A DNA stretch of 63,761 nucleotides, counting the filler, from Saprolegnia diclina VS20 (lineage: Eukaryota), in NCBI RefSeq assembly GCF_000281045.1. It is 11 parts of 8 records of this genome, joined end to end, with 100 filler letters (N's around TTAATTAATTAA, not from the genome) between each part and the next. Parts side by side here need not be neighbours in the genome. Positions count along the whole stretch, not along the records: positions 1 to 2,054 come from NW_008246262.1; positions 2,155 to 3,244 come from NW_008246262.1; positions 3,345 to 34,275 come from NW_008246263.1; 8 more parts are not named here. One strand, given 5' to 3'. Shown here one piece after another: positions 1 to 11,831 of the stretch. The position numbers and the translations under genes are program-made. The notes under the pieces are model-generated. The model worked only from the letters and a program-made list of their open reading frames with translations. It made no database searches and was not told the origin of the DNA. Position 1 is the first letter of the stretch; the number at the start of each line of letters is the position of its first letter.

Positions 1-726
1 AGGAATCGTAGAAAGGGCGCTGGTGAAAGCTCCTCGATCTCCGCTTGTCCTTTTGTTGCCCTCGTAGGGGTGTAACGTTGTTCCGTCACCCTCCCACCCA
101 GCTCTTTCCCGTTTGTCGTTCGATGTCGGTAGAACGGCGTCTTCTTGTTCCAAACCACACAGTATAAAGCTCGCAAAGAGCGTCCAGCACTTGGTTTCGA
201 AGCTCTTGGTAGCGGGGTCTCTCGAGTGGTCGCCTCTCTGACAGCGTTGCTTATCTTTGGTGCGATGGAACGATGACCTATCGCCCCTTTCCTCGTCTTT
301 CTTGGCCCTTTCCTCGTGCAAGGGCCCTTTCCTATGGTGCTCGATCCCGGCGTCCCACGTCACGGTGCAAGTCACGCGGATCTTGGCCAATCAAACGTGC
401 GTACCGACACAATTATGTCCAATCCGCGGCGACCACTGCACCCAGCCTGGTCGTGCCGGCGCTATCATTGCAAGTTTGTATGCTCACGTGGCACCATGTG
501 GTGGCCGCAGAAACTGGGTACGGCGTGTATCCTTGAACTTCGCACACGACGACGTCCATCGGATCCTGGAGCCTCCGCGGCAGATTCGATCCAACTGGAC
601 TTGATACAAACACAGAGACAGAAACCAGCATCGAATTTAGCAAGATTCGAGCCGCATGGCGCGCGTGAAAGCACTTTGGCGGCGCCGTTCGACTCACAAT
701 TCAATTGCCACCACACACGCCACACG

Positions 727-2054
727 ATGGTCAACAAGTTCTTCCTTCGCGGCCTTGGGTTCCTCAACGATGCGTACGATCTCTCGGTCATCAACATCAT
801 CAACGTCATCTTGGAGCACCAGTACGGCAAGAGTGTCTTCGACTCCAACATGAAGTCGAGCGTCTCGACGTCCGCACTCATTGGCGCCGTCCTCGGTCAG
901 CTCGTGTTTGGCGTTCTCGGTGATATTTACGGCCGCAAGAACTGCATGGTGGCCACCTGCGCGCTCCTCATCATCGGTGGTATCCTCTGTGCGGCAGCCT
1001 ACGGCGGCTCGGACCTCGGTACGCTTTGGTTCCTCGTCGTCGCCCGTGGTATCCTCGGTTTCGGTATCGGTGGCGAGTACCCGCTCGCGGCGTCGTCGTC
1101 GTCGGAAGATGCGACGTCGCCCGCCGACCGCAACCGCCGCGTCGCGCTCACGTTCTCGCTCCAGGGTGTCGGCTTCCTCATTGCCGGCATCATGGGTCTC
1201 ATCATGGTCAACGTGCTCGACGACACGCCGCAGCAGCTCGAGATCATGTGGCGCGTGCTCTTTGGTGTCGGTGTCCTCCCGGCGCTCTTCCTTGTCTACT
1301 ATCGTATCACGGCCGAAGAGACGCACGTGTACAAGACGATGCTTGCGGAAGAAGTGCACATGAAGAAGATTCGCTGGTCGTTCATCCTCAAGCACTACGG
1401 CAAGAGCCTCCTCGGTACGGCCGGCACGTGGTTCCTCTTTGACATTGTGTTTTACGCGCAAAACCTCTTTTCGGCCTCGATCCTCTCGGTGATTGGCGCC
1501 AACTCGACGCTCAAGACGATCGCGCTCCAGAACGTCTTGATCTCGCTCGTGGCGCTGCCGGGGTACTACGTCGCGTGCTTTTTCATCAACAAGATGGGCC
1601 GCAAGCTCATCCAGCTCCAGGGTCTCACGTGGATGACCATCATCTTCCTCGTGCTCGCCATCTGGTGGGACTCGATCAAGGGCCAAAGCGCGCTCTTCAT
1701 CATCCTTTTTGGCTTGACGCTCTTCTTCTCCAACTTTGGCCCCAACATGTCGACGTTCGTCATGCCCACGGAGATGTACCCGACGGCCATCAAGAGCTCG
1801 TGCCACGGCTTCTCGGCCGCCATGGGCAAGGCGGGTGCTGCCATTGGCTCGTACGGCTTTGCGCACTGGGTGAAGGCGCCCGGCTTTGGCTACGTCGGCA
1901 CGTGGTACACGTTTGCCGGCATCTGTTTGGCGGCGCTTGTCCTCACGTGGTTCTGCATGTTTGACAACAACGACGGCGACATGTCCAACATCGACAACGA
2001 GTTCAAGGCCAAGCTCGCGCTCGAGAACGACGAGACGCGCAAGTCGTTTATCGC
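727..2054 (+). CDS. PHO84: MFS inorganic phosphate:H+ symporter (PHO84/PHT1 family), 3' end lost in gap
   Basis: ATG at 727. Family motifs GLGFLNDAYDL, GQLVFGVLGDIYGRK, LGFGIGGEYPLA, TWFLFDIVFY, FFSNFGPN and SCHGFSAAMGKAGA; about 12 hydrophobic segments. Confidence 0.9.
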
Positions 2055-2363
2055 NNNNNNNNNNNNNNNNNNNNNNNNNNNNNNNNNNNNNNNNNNNNTT
2101 AATTAATTAANNNNNNNNNNNNNNNNNNNNNNNNNNNNNNNNNNNNNNNNNNNNACGAGTACTGCATTGCTTCCTCGAGTTGAAATTTTGGATGGGTTAC
2201 ACGGGTCAGCGTTTCTAAACCAATACCTCTCCACCTTAATGATGAGTATTTACTGGATTCATTTCGTACATTGGCTGCGGAGAGAGAGGACTTGGGTGCG
2301 ACGCGTCCATCGGTCTGTGTACATAACGTTCATACTGACTAGATGACAAAGTTAGTTGCCGAT

Positions 2364-2379
2364 GCTCATTTGTGATTTT
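2364..2379 (+). promoter_or_regulatory. Oomycete INR+FPR-like core promoter
   Basis: GCTCATTTGTGATTTT resembles the oomycete GCTCATTYYNCAWTTT consensus and lies just upstream of ATG 2387. Confidence 0.5.
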
Positions 2380-2386
2380 GACTCTA

Positions 2387-3244
2387 ATGTGCCACCGCTT
2401 TCGACTGGCTTTTGTGCCGTTAGTCGCTCTCGCACTGGATCAAAACGACCCGACGCTACCGACTAGGTCGGGCGTCAAGACATGGGTCGACGTCGAGACC
2501 CCCGCTGAGTTTCGCACGATGACGAGTTCCCGAGGCGACAGCTGGGACTTGATTATGAGCGACGAGTTCAACTTGGCCGGGCGCAACTTTACGGCCGGCC
2601 TTGACCATCTCTGGGTCGCCCTCGACATTCCCGACGGCGTCAACCGCGCTGTGGGCGTCTACACCCCCGAAAATGCGATCACTCTCGACGGCGCCTTCCA
2701 GATTCGCGTTGACACGACCGAGACCAACATCACGTACTACAACGTGTGGTCAGATACCCCATCGTGGACCAACAAGAAGATGGTAAATATTGTCTTTCTA
2801 CTTGGGTCCGGTGCAATCTGTCTGCTAGTACTACCGCGCCGCCATGGTGCAAACCTGGAACAAGTTTTGCATCCAAGGCGGCTTTGTCGAGATCGCAGCC
2901 AAGATGCCCGGCGCGACCCATGTGTCGATGAACCCCCACGTGACAGGGAAGCGCTGGGACCACCAGCTGCAGCGCGATGTGCCCGTCAAGCCACTCGACC
3001 GCATTCCCGACATTCGGTTCTACCCAACATGGCCAGGTCTCTGGATGATGGGCAACCTCGGTCGTGCTTTGTTTGCGGCGTCGACCAACCGTGTCTGGCC
3101 GTGGTCGTACAACGAGTGCGACGAACGCTACCGCACGTTCCAGCGCATCAGCGCCTGCGACCCGAACCCCGGCTACGGCTTGCACCCGAACATGGGTCGC
3201 GGGTCCCCCGAGATCGACATTCTCGAAGGCGGCGGCAGTGACAT
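2387..3244 (+). CDS. KRE6: Beta-glucan synthesis-associated protein (KRE6/SKN1, GH16-like), 3'-truncated by gap
   Basis: Hydrophobic N-terminus; WDLIMSDEFN, M.QTWNKFC.QGG..E, WPGLWMMGNLGRA, WPWSYNEC, QRISAC, GRGSPEIDILE. GT-AG intron 2783-2828 joins KKM|YYRAAM in frame. Confidence 0.88.
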
Positions 3245-3344
3245 NNNNNNNNNNNNNNNNNNNNNNNNNNNNNNNNNNNNNNNNNNNNTTAATTAATTAA
3301 NNNNNNNNNNNNNNNNNNNNNNNNNNNNNNNNNNNNNNNNNNNN

Positions 3345-6103
3345 CGGCGTGCTCCCGACGCCCCAAGAGATTGCGATCATGACCGCATACGTGCTCGACG
3401 ACGACAGCGACGAAGTCGACGAAGCCGATTTGCCCGACATCTCGTTCGAGACGCTCATGTCCAAGGACCCAGCCAAGCGTCTGTTGAGTATGCTCAACTA
3501 CACGCTGCCGGCGCCGCCGAATCCACCAGCGGCGCTCCGGCAGACGCCCAACGCCGAGGTCCTCGCCAACGTGGCGACCGCCGTATCCAAGCTCAAGCTG
3601 CATGGTCACGTCGAGGTGAGCGCGGTCCGAGTCCTGACGCAAAGCGCAGCGCCGCCCGACCTCGTCTTTGTACGTAAGACAATATTGGACATCTTTGAGC
3701 GCAAGCGGCTTCTCGACGAGTGCGCGTCGATCGCACACGAGCCGCGCGAGACGCTCGTCGAGATTGTCGTCGGGCACCACTTTGCAACGTTTCTCGATCC
3801 CGCTTTGGCGCAAAAGGTATCAAAGTTTCAATGTGTCAATCTATTTATATGACGTGGCAACATAGGAAGCGATTGCGTTTCTCGATTTGATCTACCGTCT
3901 CCGGTCCGTGTACGGCGAGGTGCGCATGTTTGCCGAATGCGTCGACGGCGCCCACTCGGACGAAGTACTCGACTTTTACGTCTGGCTTATCCAGTCGATG
4001 GACCAGGTCCAGATTGGCGCCGAGCTCGATACGCGACCAGAAATCCATCCCCACTACATTTCCAGATTCAAAGCGCAGCTCCTCACGCGGACGCTCTTTC
4101 GAACGCTGCGGTTCCGGACCTGTGGGTTTGCGAATCACTTGTCGTCCACCACCAAGTCGCTCCAGCGCCACCCGTCGCTCGACGCCATGTACGACTGCCA
4201 GCGGCTTTTCGAGCACACAACAGCCCGGGGACCGATCTACCTCGGCGAGTTCCACGACCTCCTCGACGTGTTCACTGTGCAGCTGCACGGCGACGACTGC
4301 TACCCGCTCGACATATTCTTGTACGCGCTCATCCTCATGTACAAGAAGCAGAAAGACTGGTTCTTTGAGTCGGTGCGCCTCCTCTTCAACCAAGTGCACG
4401 ACGAAGCGGTTGCGCTCGAAGCGCGCCAAAAGGCGCTCGAAGCCGTCGAGTCGCGTCAAACCGAAGCCACAAAAGCGCGGCGCAAGGCCAGCGAGCTCCC
4501 AAAGCCTCGGAAAAAGTCGCGCAAGCCCACCAAGCGCCGCCGCGGGTCGGCCACCGACGCCCGCAAGACCGCCGTCTTGACCACGATCCAGTTTGCTGTC
4601 GTGCTCGCGCGCGTCGATTCGCACTTGTCGTTTGGACAAATGACGGAAATGACGCTCAAGGTGCTCTCGACGCGCCGCTTCTACTCGCACGGCATCACGT
4701 ACGAAGCGTTTGTGTACACGGCCACGTCCCTCGGGTGGTTCCGCCCCGACTTTGTCTCGCTGCCCGCGCCGTTTACGGAAATTTCGATTTCGACCGAAGA
4801 AAAAACGTCGGCCCACGCCGCACTGCAGTACGTCTGGGACACGCACGTCGCAAGCATCTACGTGGCGTGCGAAGGCGACTCGAACCCCTTTGTCGCCAAG
4901 CACGTCATGCAAATCAAGCAGCGGCTCGTCAAAGCACTGAGCGTGCACGACCAGACTGAAACGGACCCACTCCTGTCGCTCAATCTGCTTCGGCACCTCA
5001 TGCACGTGTGCTGGCGTGTCGGCGCCGCTCGAGGCTTTCGGTCGCGCAATTTTGAGCCGGGGAGCGGCGCTGGCGGCGACCACTTTTACATTGCCGAGCT
5101 CGCACGGTCGGACGAGCTCATTTTGATCGCGAAAGGGATTCTAGCGATTCCCGATGCGGTCACGGGCCACCAGGTGTTCAACGCAGCGCTGTACACGGCG
5201 CCGTCGTCGGACTTCATGACGAACTTTTCGCACATTGACCCGGCGCGCATCCGAGACCTCTTCCCTGACCACTGCATCCAGACCAACGAGTGCACGGCGA
5301 TCGACAGCGTCCTCCAGCGCTACGCGTGGCAGCTCAACGACGTGTACCGGTCGTACTCGCTCGTGTGCAACAGCCTCAGCGGCATCACCCTCGACGGGTT
5401 TGAGGAGCTCATGCACGACGTCGGTCTCGGCTCGAGTCATTTTACGATCGTGCACATGACATTGGTGTTCTCGGCGGTCGTGAGTCGGCAGCAGGAGACC
5501 GATCGGCTCCTTGCGACGAGCTTCATCGAGCTCATGATCCGCCTCGCGACTGAGAAGCACGCGGTCGAGCGACCATTCATAGATCGAAAGCAGTCCAAGT
5601 TGCAGCTCCTTCAGCCCGAGCGCATCGCGATCTTGCTCGAAGACCTCTGCACGCGGTACCTACTGCCCAACATTTGCCAAAACCTCTCGATCACGTTCCG
5701 TCGCCAAGTCGCGGCGCCCGAGCTCCAGCGCCTATTGAACCGGCACCGCAACTTGCTGCGACGGCTCTATTTGTACTATTGCCGCCAGGACGTGGCCGAC
5801 ATGGAGGCGTGGAAGATGAATTTTGGCGAATTCGAAAGTTTCATTGTCGACTTTGGCCTGAACGACGCGGTCTTTTTCCCGTCGAGTATGAACCTCGTCG
5901 TCTTCAACGCGTGCCAAGACGACTTGAACGAAGGCCAGTTCATCTACCAAGAGTTTGTCACGGCCATCATTGCGATCGCGCAAATGAAGGACACCAACCC
6001 GTTCCTCAAGTGGCAGCGCAAGACGAGCAACTTTATTCAAACGCTCATCGACTACATCTCGCATCCCGACCGCGCCGTCAAGTTCCGACTCATTCTCTCG
6101 TGA
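3345..6103 (+). CDS. Large hypothetical protein with possible EF-hand-like helices and a basic NLS-like tract; 5' end in gap
   Basis: ORFs 3349-3852 and 3887-6103 join in frame through intron 3817-3865. Contains KPRKKSRKPTKRRR, ITLDGFEELMHD, MNFGEFESFIVD and FIYQEFVTAI. Confidence 0.7.
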
Positions 6104-7506
6104 GGTAGCGTCAAGCTGATCATGTCGACCGATGCATCATGGATAATGATGTTGGGCTGCTTGTATACGATGGAGATCTCGGTCTAGTACCGGTAGATAC
6201 CTCACATGCCAAGGGTATAACACACAACTTCGGGCGTGGAACATGGTGCTGGCCTCGCGGTGGGCGCGGGCCTTTTGTTGCGATCTCGGCGCGCGTCAGC
6301 ATCTTCGTCGTGCGCTGCATGGCCTGCAAGATCGCAAAATGATCTGCAAGCGGGCGGCAACCCTCCGGATAAAAATAATCGTTCGGATAAACGCCCGCCA
6401 TGCTTCGATTGGTCTCCCGCTGCGTCTCAAAGTGTGAGCACGTCGTTTGGACTGAACACTACGTGTACATATTGTCTGTTCTACATGATATCCGGAGATC
6501 CTCGTCGTTGGCTCGATCATTTGACGTTTCTTTGCTTACATCCCGGCTTCATTCCATACGCCGTCCACTCAAAGTCTTGCTTTGGCTTCGGTCCGAGCTG
6601 TCAACGCTAGCATGGTAGTGCAACTACTAATGTCAGCAGATGTAGTTTGGCAGTCAGCGTCTCAACACCGATCAACGAACGCGACCTCGAATGGGCATGT
6701 CAGGGCTAGGTAAGTGACCAAGACGACGCCATGCAGTAGCTCGTCGGTAGCAAAAACAGTCTGGAGCATAATGAAAAAGACTCGATTACGGTGCACGATG
6801 GAGATGCAGCCGAGTAGAGTCGTAGGCACGCGTCGGCCGTAGTCATTATCACCGAGAGATGTTCCTCTGTTGACCCTTGCTCGGGGCCAATGTAACGGAA
6901 GCAAATCCGGATAAGCCGATATGTACGGATAAAGGATGCGCGCCACACCTCAGCCGCCTCGTGTGGAGGATTTGAGGCCAAACCGCGATTAAAAATGGGA
7001 TGGCTGAAATTTGGCACCAAGATAGTAGACACGTTGGAGACTAGAAAACACCAAGTCCCATCGTCATTGGAGGAGAACTGCGGGAATTGTGTGTCTTTAA
7101 AGTTTCGACGCGTTTGGACCCCAAATATTAGCTCAGTCGTTACGATGAATCATACCATTCGGATCGGCACGAGCGTAGTACCAGGAACGACAGCAAGGAC
7201 CCAAGGATATCTCAAGACCTATACATATATGTTACTAAAATAACACGGCGCGACAGTTGCTTTGTTTGTGCACGGCGAGTGTAGCGCTGCAGGGCTAGGG
7301 TTACACGAGGAATAGGGCTGTGGGACTTGAAGATGCGGTGCTTTGATGTGGGACCGACCTGCCCGACATTTTGCGGTCTGAGTTTTGTTACCAGTTTTGT
7401 CTACGAATAATTGATGACGGCGCCAAGTTGGTGTACGGCCTGCGCTTCCCAGGACTTGAACTGCCGACGGGTCCGCGTGTTGTGTGCTTGGACTGCCCGT
7501 ATTGGC

Positions 7507-9208
7507 TCACGGGTCGCATCCGTCGCCGCCAGCGATACGCAAGCACGCGGTGGCTGGCAATATCGAGAGCACGTTGGTGGTGACAGCCCAAACGAGGCAG
7601 ACGACATACAAGGTGAAGGCGATCACCGCGGCGACTTGGCTCGACCCGCCATGGCGTCGAAGGGCCTGCGCCTCGGCCTTCTGGCGCGGCAAGAGCCACA
7701 GCGTCGCATTGCTCAAGAGGCGTACGCTGTACATGATCACAAACGTGTAGGCGACTTGGCGGCGCACGTACGGCGTGTCCTTGGCAATGTCATCTTGGAA
7801 CGCGTCAAAGTACCCGTCGACCATCTTGGAGAGACTCGAAGCGAACGGCTGCGCGAGGTTCGAGACGGTCGTTAGAAGGCCGTACGTGGTGCCCTCCAAG
7901 CCGACCTCGGCAACCTCCACCGCAGCATATGTCGCCACAACGAACCGGACGCCTTGGGGGATATTGCCAAGGACCGGCGCGCCGAGGTAAAACCACTGGT
8001 TGCGGAGTACGTCAAAGATGGTGAGGAAGCTCACGGTCGCATCGAGCGCCACGACAGAGCAGGTTGTGACCGCCATGAGAACTCGCCAATCGGCCTGCAA
8101 GAGGTGCTTCTTCGTGTAGACGAGTGCCATTGTCATGAGGAGGAGCGAGACGACATTGAAGATGGCGGCGTTGAGCGGCTGGACACGCGCCCAGTCGCGC
8201 TGGACCACGAGCGACGGGACGGCCTCAAAATCAAACAGCATCGCGTTTAGAAACGAGAAGGCCATGAGCTGCCAGATCGCACGGGTCTGCGCGAGCCGCC
8301 AGAGGTCCCGGCAGCGCGCGCCAAATGCCAGAGGCGGCGACGGCGTCTCGGCGGGGAAGCAGAGAAGCGCGCCCGTGAGCCCGACGAGCGTCGCGAGGCT
8401 CGTGAGCGCCATGAGGTTGTTGAACGAGAGACCCCAGTTGAAGCTCCCGCCGTACGACGGACCGTTGAGTGTGAGACCGGCAATGCCCGATGCGAAGGTC
8501 TGGAACGCGTAGCGCACCTAGTTTTCATTGAAGTCAACGTGCTGGTGGCCATGATACCGTGTAGATGGTGGTCTGCGTGCGGCCACGGACAGCCTCTTCT
8601 TCGCGCTGCGCACACTCGACGACGACCGCGTCGCACGCCACGTCGGCCATGACGTACCCAAAGCTCGCGAGCATCATGAGCACCACGTATGTGATGCCCT
8701 GGCCCGATGCGTGGACGTTCGCGACGACCCGCAGCGACGCGTTGGTGGTGCGCTGGATCTCGCCGGGTGCGTAGTACGGCGCGTGGACCGGCGTCGCTGC
8801 CATGAACAGGAGGAAGAGCAGGCAGAGGCTCCAGCCGAGCACGATGTACGGCTGGCGACGACGGCCGCGGATCGGGAGGCTGTCGGACGTGACGCCGATG
8901 AGCATCTTGAACGACCAGGGGAGCGCGATGAGCGCGGCCGCGCCGGCCACCTGGAAGCCGTCCATGTTGAGATACATGCTGAGGAACGGGTAGATCGTGC
9001 TGGGAAACGTGCCATGGACGAGACCGACGGCGGCGTAGTTCATGAGCAGGCCGATGTTCTCGCGTGCGTACAGGTCGATGGGTCCGCCGAGGCGCAGCGC
9101 GGTCGTCGGACCCTCGTCAAGCTCCTTCTTCACGGGTTGTTCGCAGCTTGCGACGTCGAGCACGGCTTCTTCGTGCAGCTGGAGCGCGGGTAGTCCACCA
9201 TGCAGCAT
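7507..9208 (-). CDS. Folate-biopterin transporter (BT1/FBT family, MFS), copy A
   Basis: LPWSFKMLIG..SDSLPI.G.RRQPYIVLGW, ADVACDA.VVE.AQRE, EGTTYGLLTTVSNLA. A 40-nt intron at 8518-8557 joins TTIYT|VRYA. Confidence 0.88.
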
Positions 9209-9702
9209 ACCTGCGGCGACCGTAGCGGATTGTCGTGGCAGAGAGTGATGGCGCCAGGATCGGGAGGCTTATTTAACGATTTCAAAGATGCTCGCTTTTT
9301 ATATCTTATATTCTTGCGTTCAGCAGATGGCGGCCATCGAACGATATCTGAGAGGTCTCAAAGAAGTAGGCAAAGAGCTTAAGGAGAGTCCAAAGCCGGT
9401 GCTGCGCGCGCCTGGAGCTTGCTCGATGCTCCTAGCGCGATTGCAATGCTGGATCCCAGATAACACTAAAAGTATCTTGCCATTACCACCACACCATTTT
9501 CGAACCAAACCATCTGTTGTTCCATGTCCGCCTCGAATATGCATACACTATACTTGCTTTTTCAATGCTTTTCAGTTTATGGCTTTATACAATCGTTAAA
9601 ATATGCAAAACAAAGGCCGACCTGGGCGAGATCCACGAACCCGAACGTTGTCAGATTGCCTCAACGAACGTTGGCCAGTTTGCGAGTCCGCGCCACGTCG
9701 CC

Positions 9703-11490
9703 ATGGACGAGACGAGCGCCCCCGAGGTCCGCCACCGCCCGGCGCATGAGCTCAAGGCCGACGAAGAAGAAGCCCTCGTGCAGGAGACGTCTCCATCCGA
9801 CCTGCGCGAGGTCGACGGCGCCGAGACCAAGGCGCTGCTGCCCTCGCCGCTCTGCAGCGTCGCCGACACGGACGCCACCTTTGACGAGAGCTCGGACGAC
9901 GACGATAGCGCGCTCGAGGCCGGCGCGGTCCAAGTCGACGCGCTGCGCAAGGGCGGGTCGCCCAACCTGTATGCGCGCGAGAACATTGGGCTGCTCCTCA
10001 ACTACGGATGCGTCGGCCTCGTGCTCGGCATCTTCCCCAGCACCATCTACCCGTTCATGAGCTTGTACCTCAACATGGACGGGTACCAGTCGACGGCCGC
10101 GACGGTCCTTGTCGGCTTGCCCTGGTCGTTCAAGATGGTCATTGGCATTGTCTCGGACTCGTTTCCGATTTGCGGCTACCGCCGCCGGCCCTACATCCTC
10201 TTTGGCTGGAGTCTCTGCGTGCTCTTCCTCTTGATCATGGCACTGCTACCCGTCGGCGCGCCGTACTATGTGCCCGGCGAGCTCCAGCGCACGTCGAACG
10301 CAAGCGCCCGTGTTGTCCTCAATAAGAATGCACCGAACGAAGGGGCCAAGTACATCCTCCTCATGATGCTGGCTAGCTTTGGCTACGTGATTGCCGACGT
10401 GGCCTGCGACGCGGTCGTCGTCGAGTTTGCGCAGCGCGAGACGTCGCACGTCCGCGGCACGACGCAGACCACGGTGTACATGGTGCGGTATGCGACCACA
10501 ACATTGGCGTCGGCGGTCGTCGGCTTTTGCTTCAACGGACGCGCGTACGGCGGCAGCTTCAACTGGTCGCTCTCGTTCAACCACATGATGGTGCTCGCAG
10601 CGTGCGGCGCGGCGCTGGGCATACCCGCGACGCTGTTTTTCCCAAAGGAAGAGCAAGTCGTGGGCGAACCCTTTGTCAGTCGCTGCAAGACCATGTGGCG
10701 CCTTGCGCAAAAGCGCGCGATCTGGCAGATCATGGCGTTTTCGTTCCTTAACGCGCTTCTCTTTGACTTTGAAGCGACGCCATCGAACGTGGTGCAGCGC
10801 GACTGGGCGCGGGTCCAGCCGCTCAACAGTGCGGCGTTTGTGGTCCTCGCGAATGCCCTCTTGACGCTCTCGCTCTACTTGACGAAGACGTACTTTTTGA
10901 ACGTGAGCTGGCGCACGCTGATTCTCGTGACGACAGTCTCCATGGTGGTGCTCGATGCGACCGTGAGCTTCCTCACCATCTTTGACGTACTCCGCAACCA
11001 GTGGTTTTACCTCGGCGCGCCGGTCCTTGGCAACATCCCCCAAGGCGTCCGGTTTGTCGTCTCGGGCTACGTGACGGTGGAGGTTGCTGAAGTCGGCTTT
11101 GAAGGCACCACGTACGGCCTTCTAACGACAGTCTCGAACCTCGCGCAGCCGTTCGCTTCGAGTCTCTCCAAGATGGTCGACGGGTACTTTGACGCGTTCC
11201 AAGATGACATTGCCAAAGACACGCCGTACGTGCGCCGCCAAGTCGCCTACACGTTTGTGATCATGTACAGCGTACGCCTCTTGAGCAATGCGACGCTGTG
11301 GCTCTTGCCGCGCCAGAAGGCTGAGGCGCAGGCCCTTCGACGCCATGGCGGGTCGAGCCAAGTCGCCGCTGTGATCGCCTTCTCGACGGCGTTTCTCTGT
11401 CTCGCATGGTCGATCTTGACCAACCTCTTGTCGATCTTCGAGTCGACAGCGTGCCTCCGTATCGCTGGCGGCAAGGGCTGCGCCGCCTAG
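9703..11490 (+). CDS. Folate-biopterin transporter (BT1/FBT family), copy B, intronless
   Basis: Same motifs as copy A (LPWSFKMVIG, YRRRPYILFGW, ADVACDA, LRIAGGKGC); likely ATG at 9703. Confidence 0.9.
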   Translation: MDETSAPEVRHRPAHELKADEEEALVQETSPSDLREVDGAETKALLPSPLCSVADTDATFDESSDDDDSALEAGAVQVDALRKGGSPNLYARENIGLLLNYGCVGLVLGIFPSTIYPFMSLYLNMDGYQSTAATVLVGLPWSFKMVIGIVSDSFPICGYRRRPYILFGWSLCVLFLLIMALLPVGAPYYVPGELQRTSNASARVVLNKNAPNEGAKYILLMMLASFGYVIADVACDAVVVEFAQRETSHVRGTTQTTVYMVRYATTTLASAVVGFCFNGRAYGGSFNWSLSFNHMMVLAACGAALGIPATLFFPKEEQVVGEPFVSRCKTMWRLAQKRAIWQIMAFSFLNALLFDFEATPSNVVQRDWARVQPLNSAAFVVLANALLTLSLYLTKTYFLNVSWRTLILVTTVSMVVLDATVSFLTIFDVLRNQWFYLGAPVLGNIPQGVRFVVSGYVTVEVAEVGFEGTTYGLLTTVSNLAQPFASSLSKMVDGYFDAFQDDIAKDTPYVRRQVAYTFVIMYSVRLLSNATLWLLPRQKAEAQALRRHGGSSQVAAVIAFSTAFLCLAWSILTNLLSIFESTACLRIAGGKGCAA

Positions 11491-11831
11491 CCTCTCTTTG
11501 TCCAGATAAAAATGCATGGCCTTAATTACCACCTTGTCTATCGTTCTTGTCGCATCTCTCGCGGTCAATGTCTTGCTACAGTCGGTCGCTACCTCTACGC
11601 AAGGCGTCGTGCAGCCTGGCGGCGGCGAACCTCGTCGTCGGGCGTCGTCGCGCCCGGTCGTCGTCGTTGCCTCGCTCGCTTCTCCGGCGGGATCGCACGT
11701 GTCGGGTAACGGGCCAATCAGCGGCGGTCATGACGTGGAATATAATTATGCCTCTTTATGTGGATAAATGTATGTGCCATTGATTCTTGCATTAAATCGA
11801 GCAAGCACGGTCGCATTACACAACAGGTCGC

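Noticed and set aside
316..726. 137-aa N-terminal extension of the phosphate transporter ORF
   Set aside because: Starts at a non-ATG codon and has non-coding composition; family homology begins at ATG 727.
2055..2154. Recurrent N44-TTAATTAATTAA-N44 motif (also near 3290, 34320, 44090, 48560, 50175, 52570, 54215, 60100 and 61370)
   Set aside because: Artificial contig linker with stops in all six frames. It is not a biological repeat or CRISPR, and adjacency across it is unverified.
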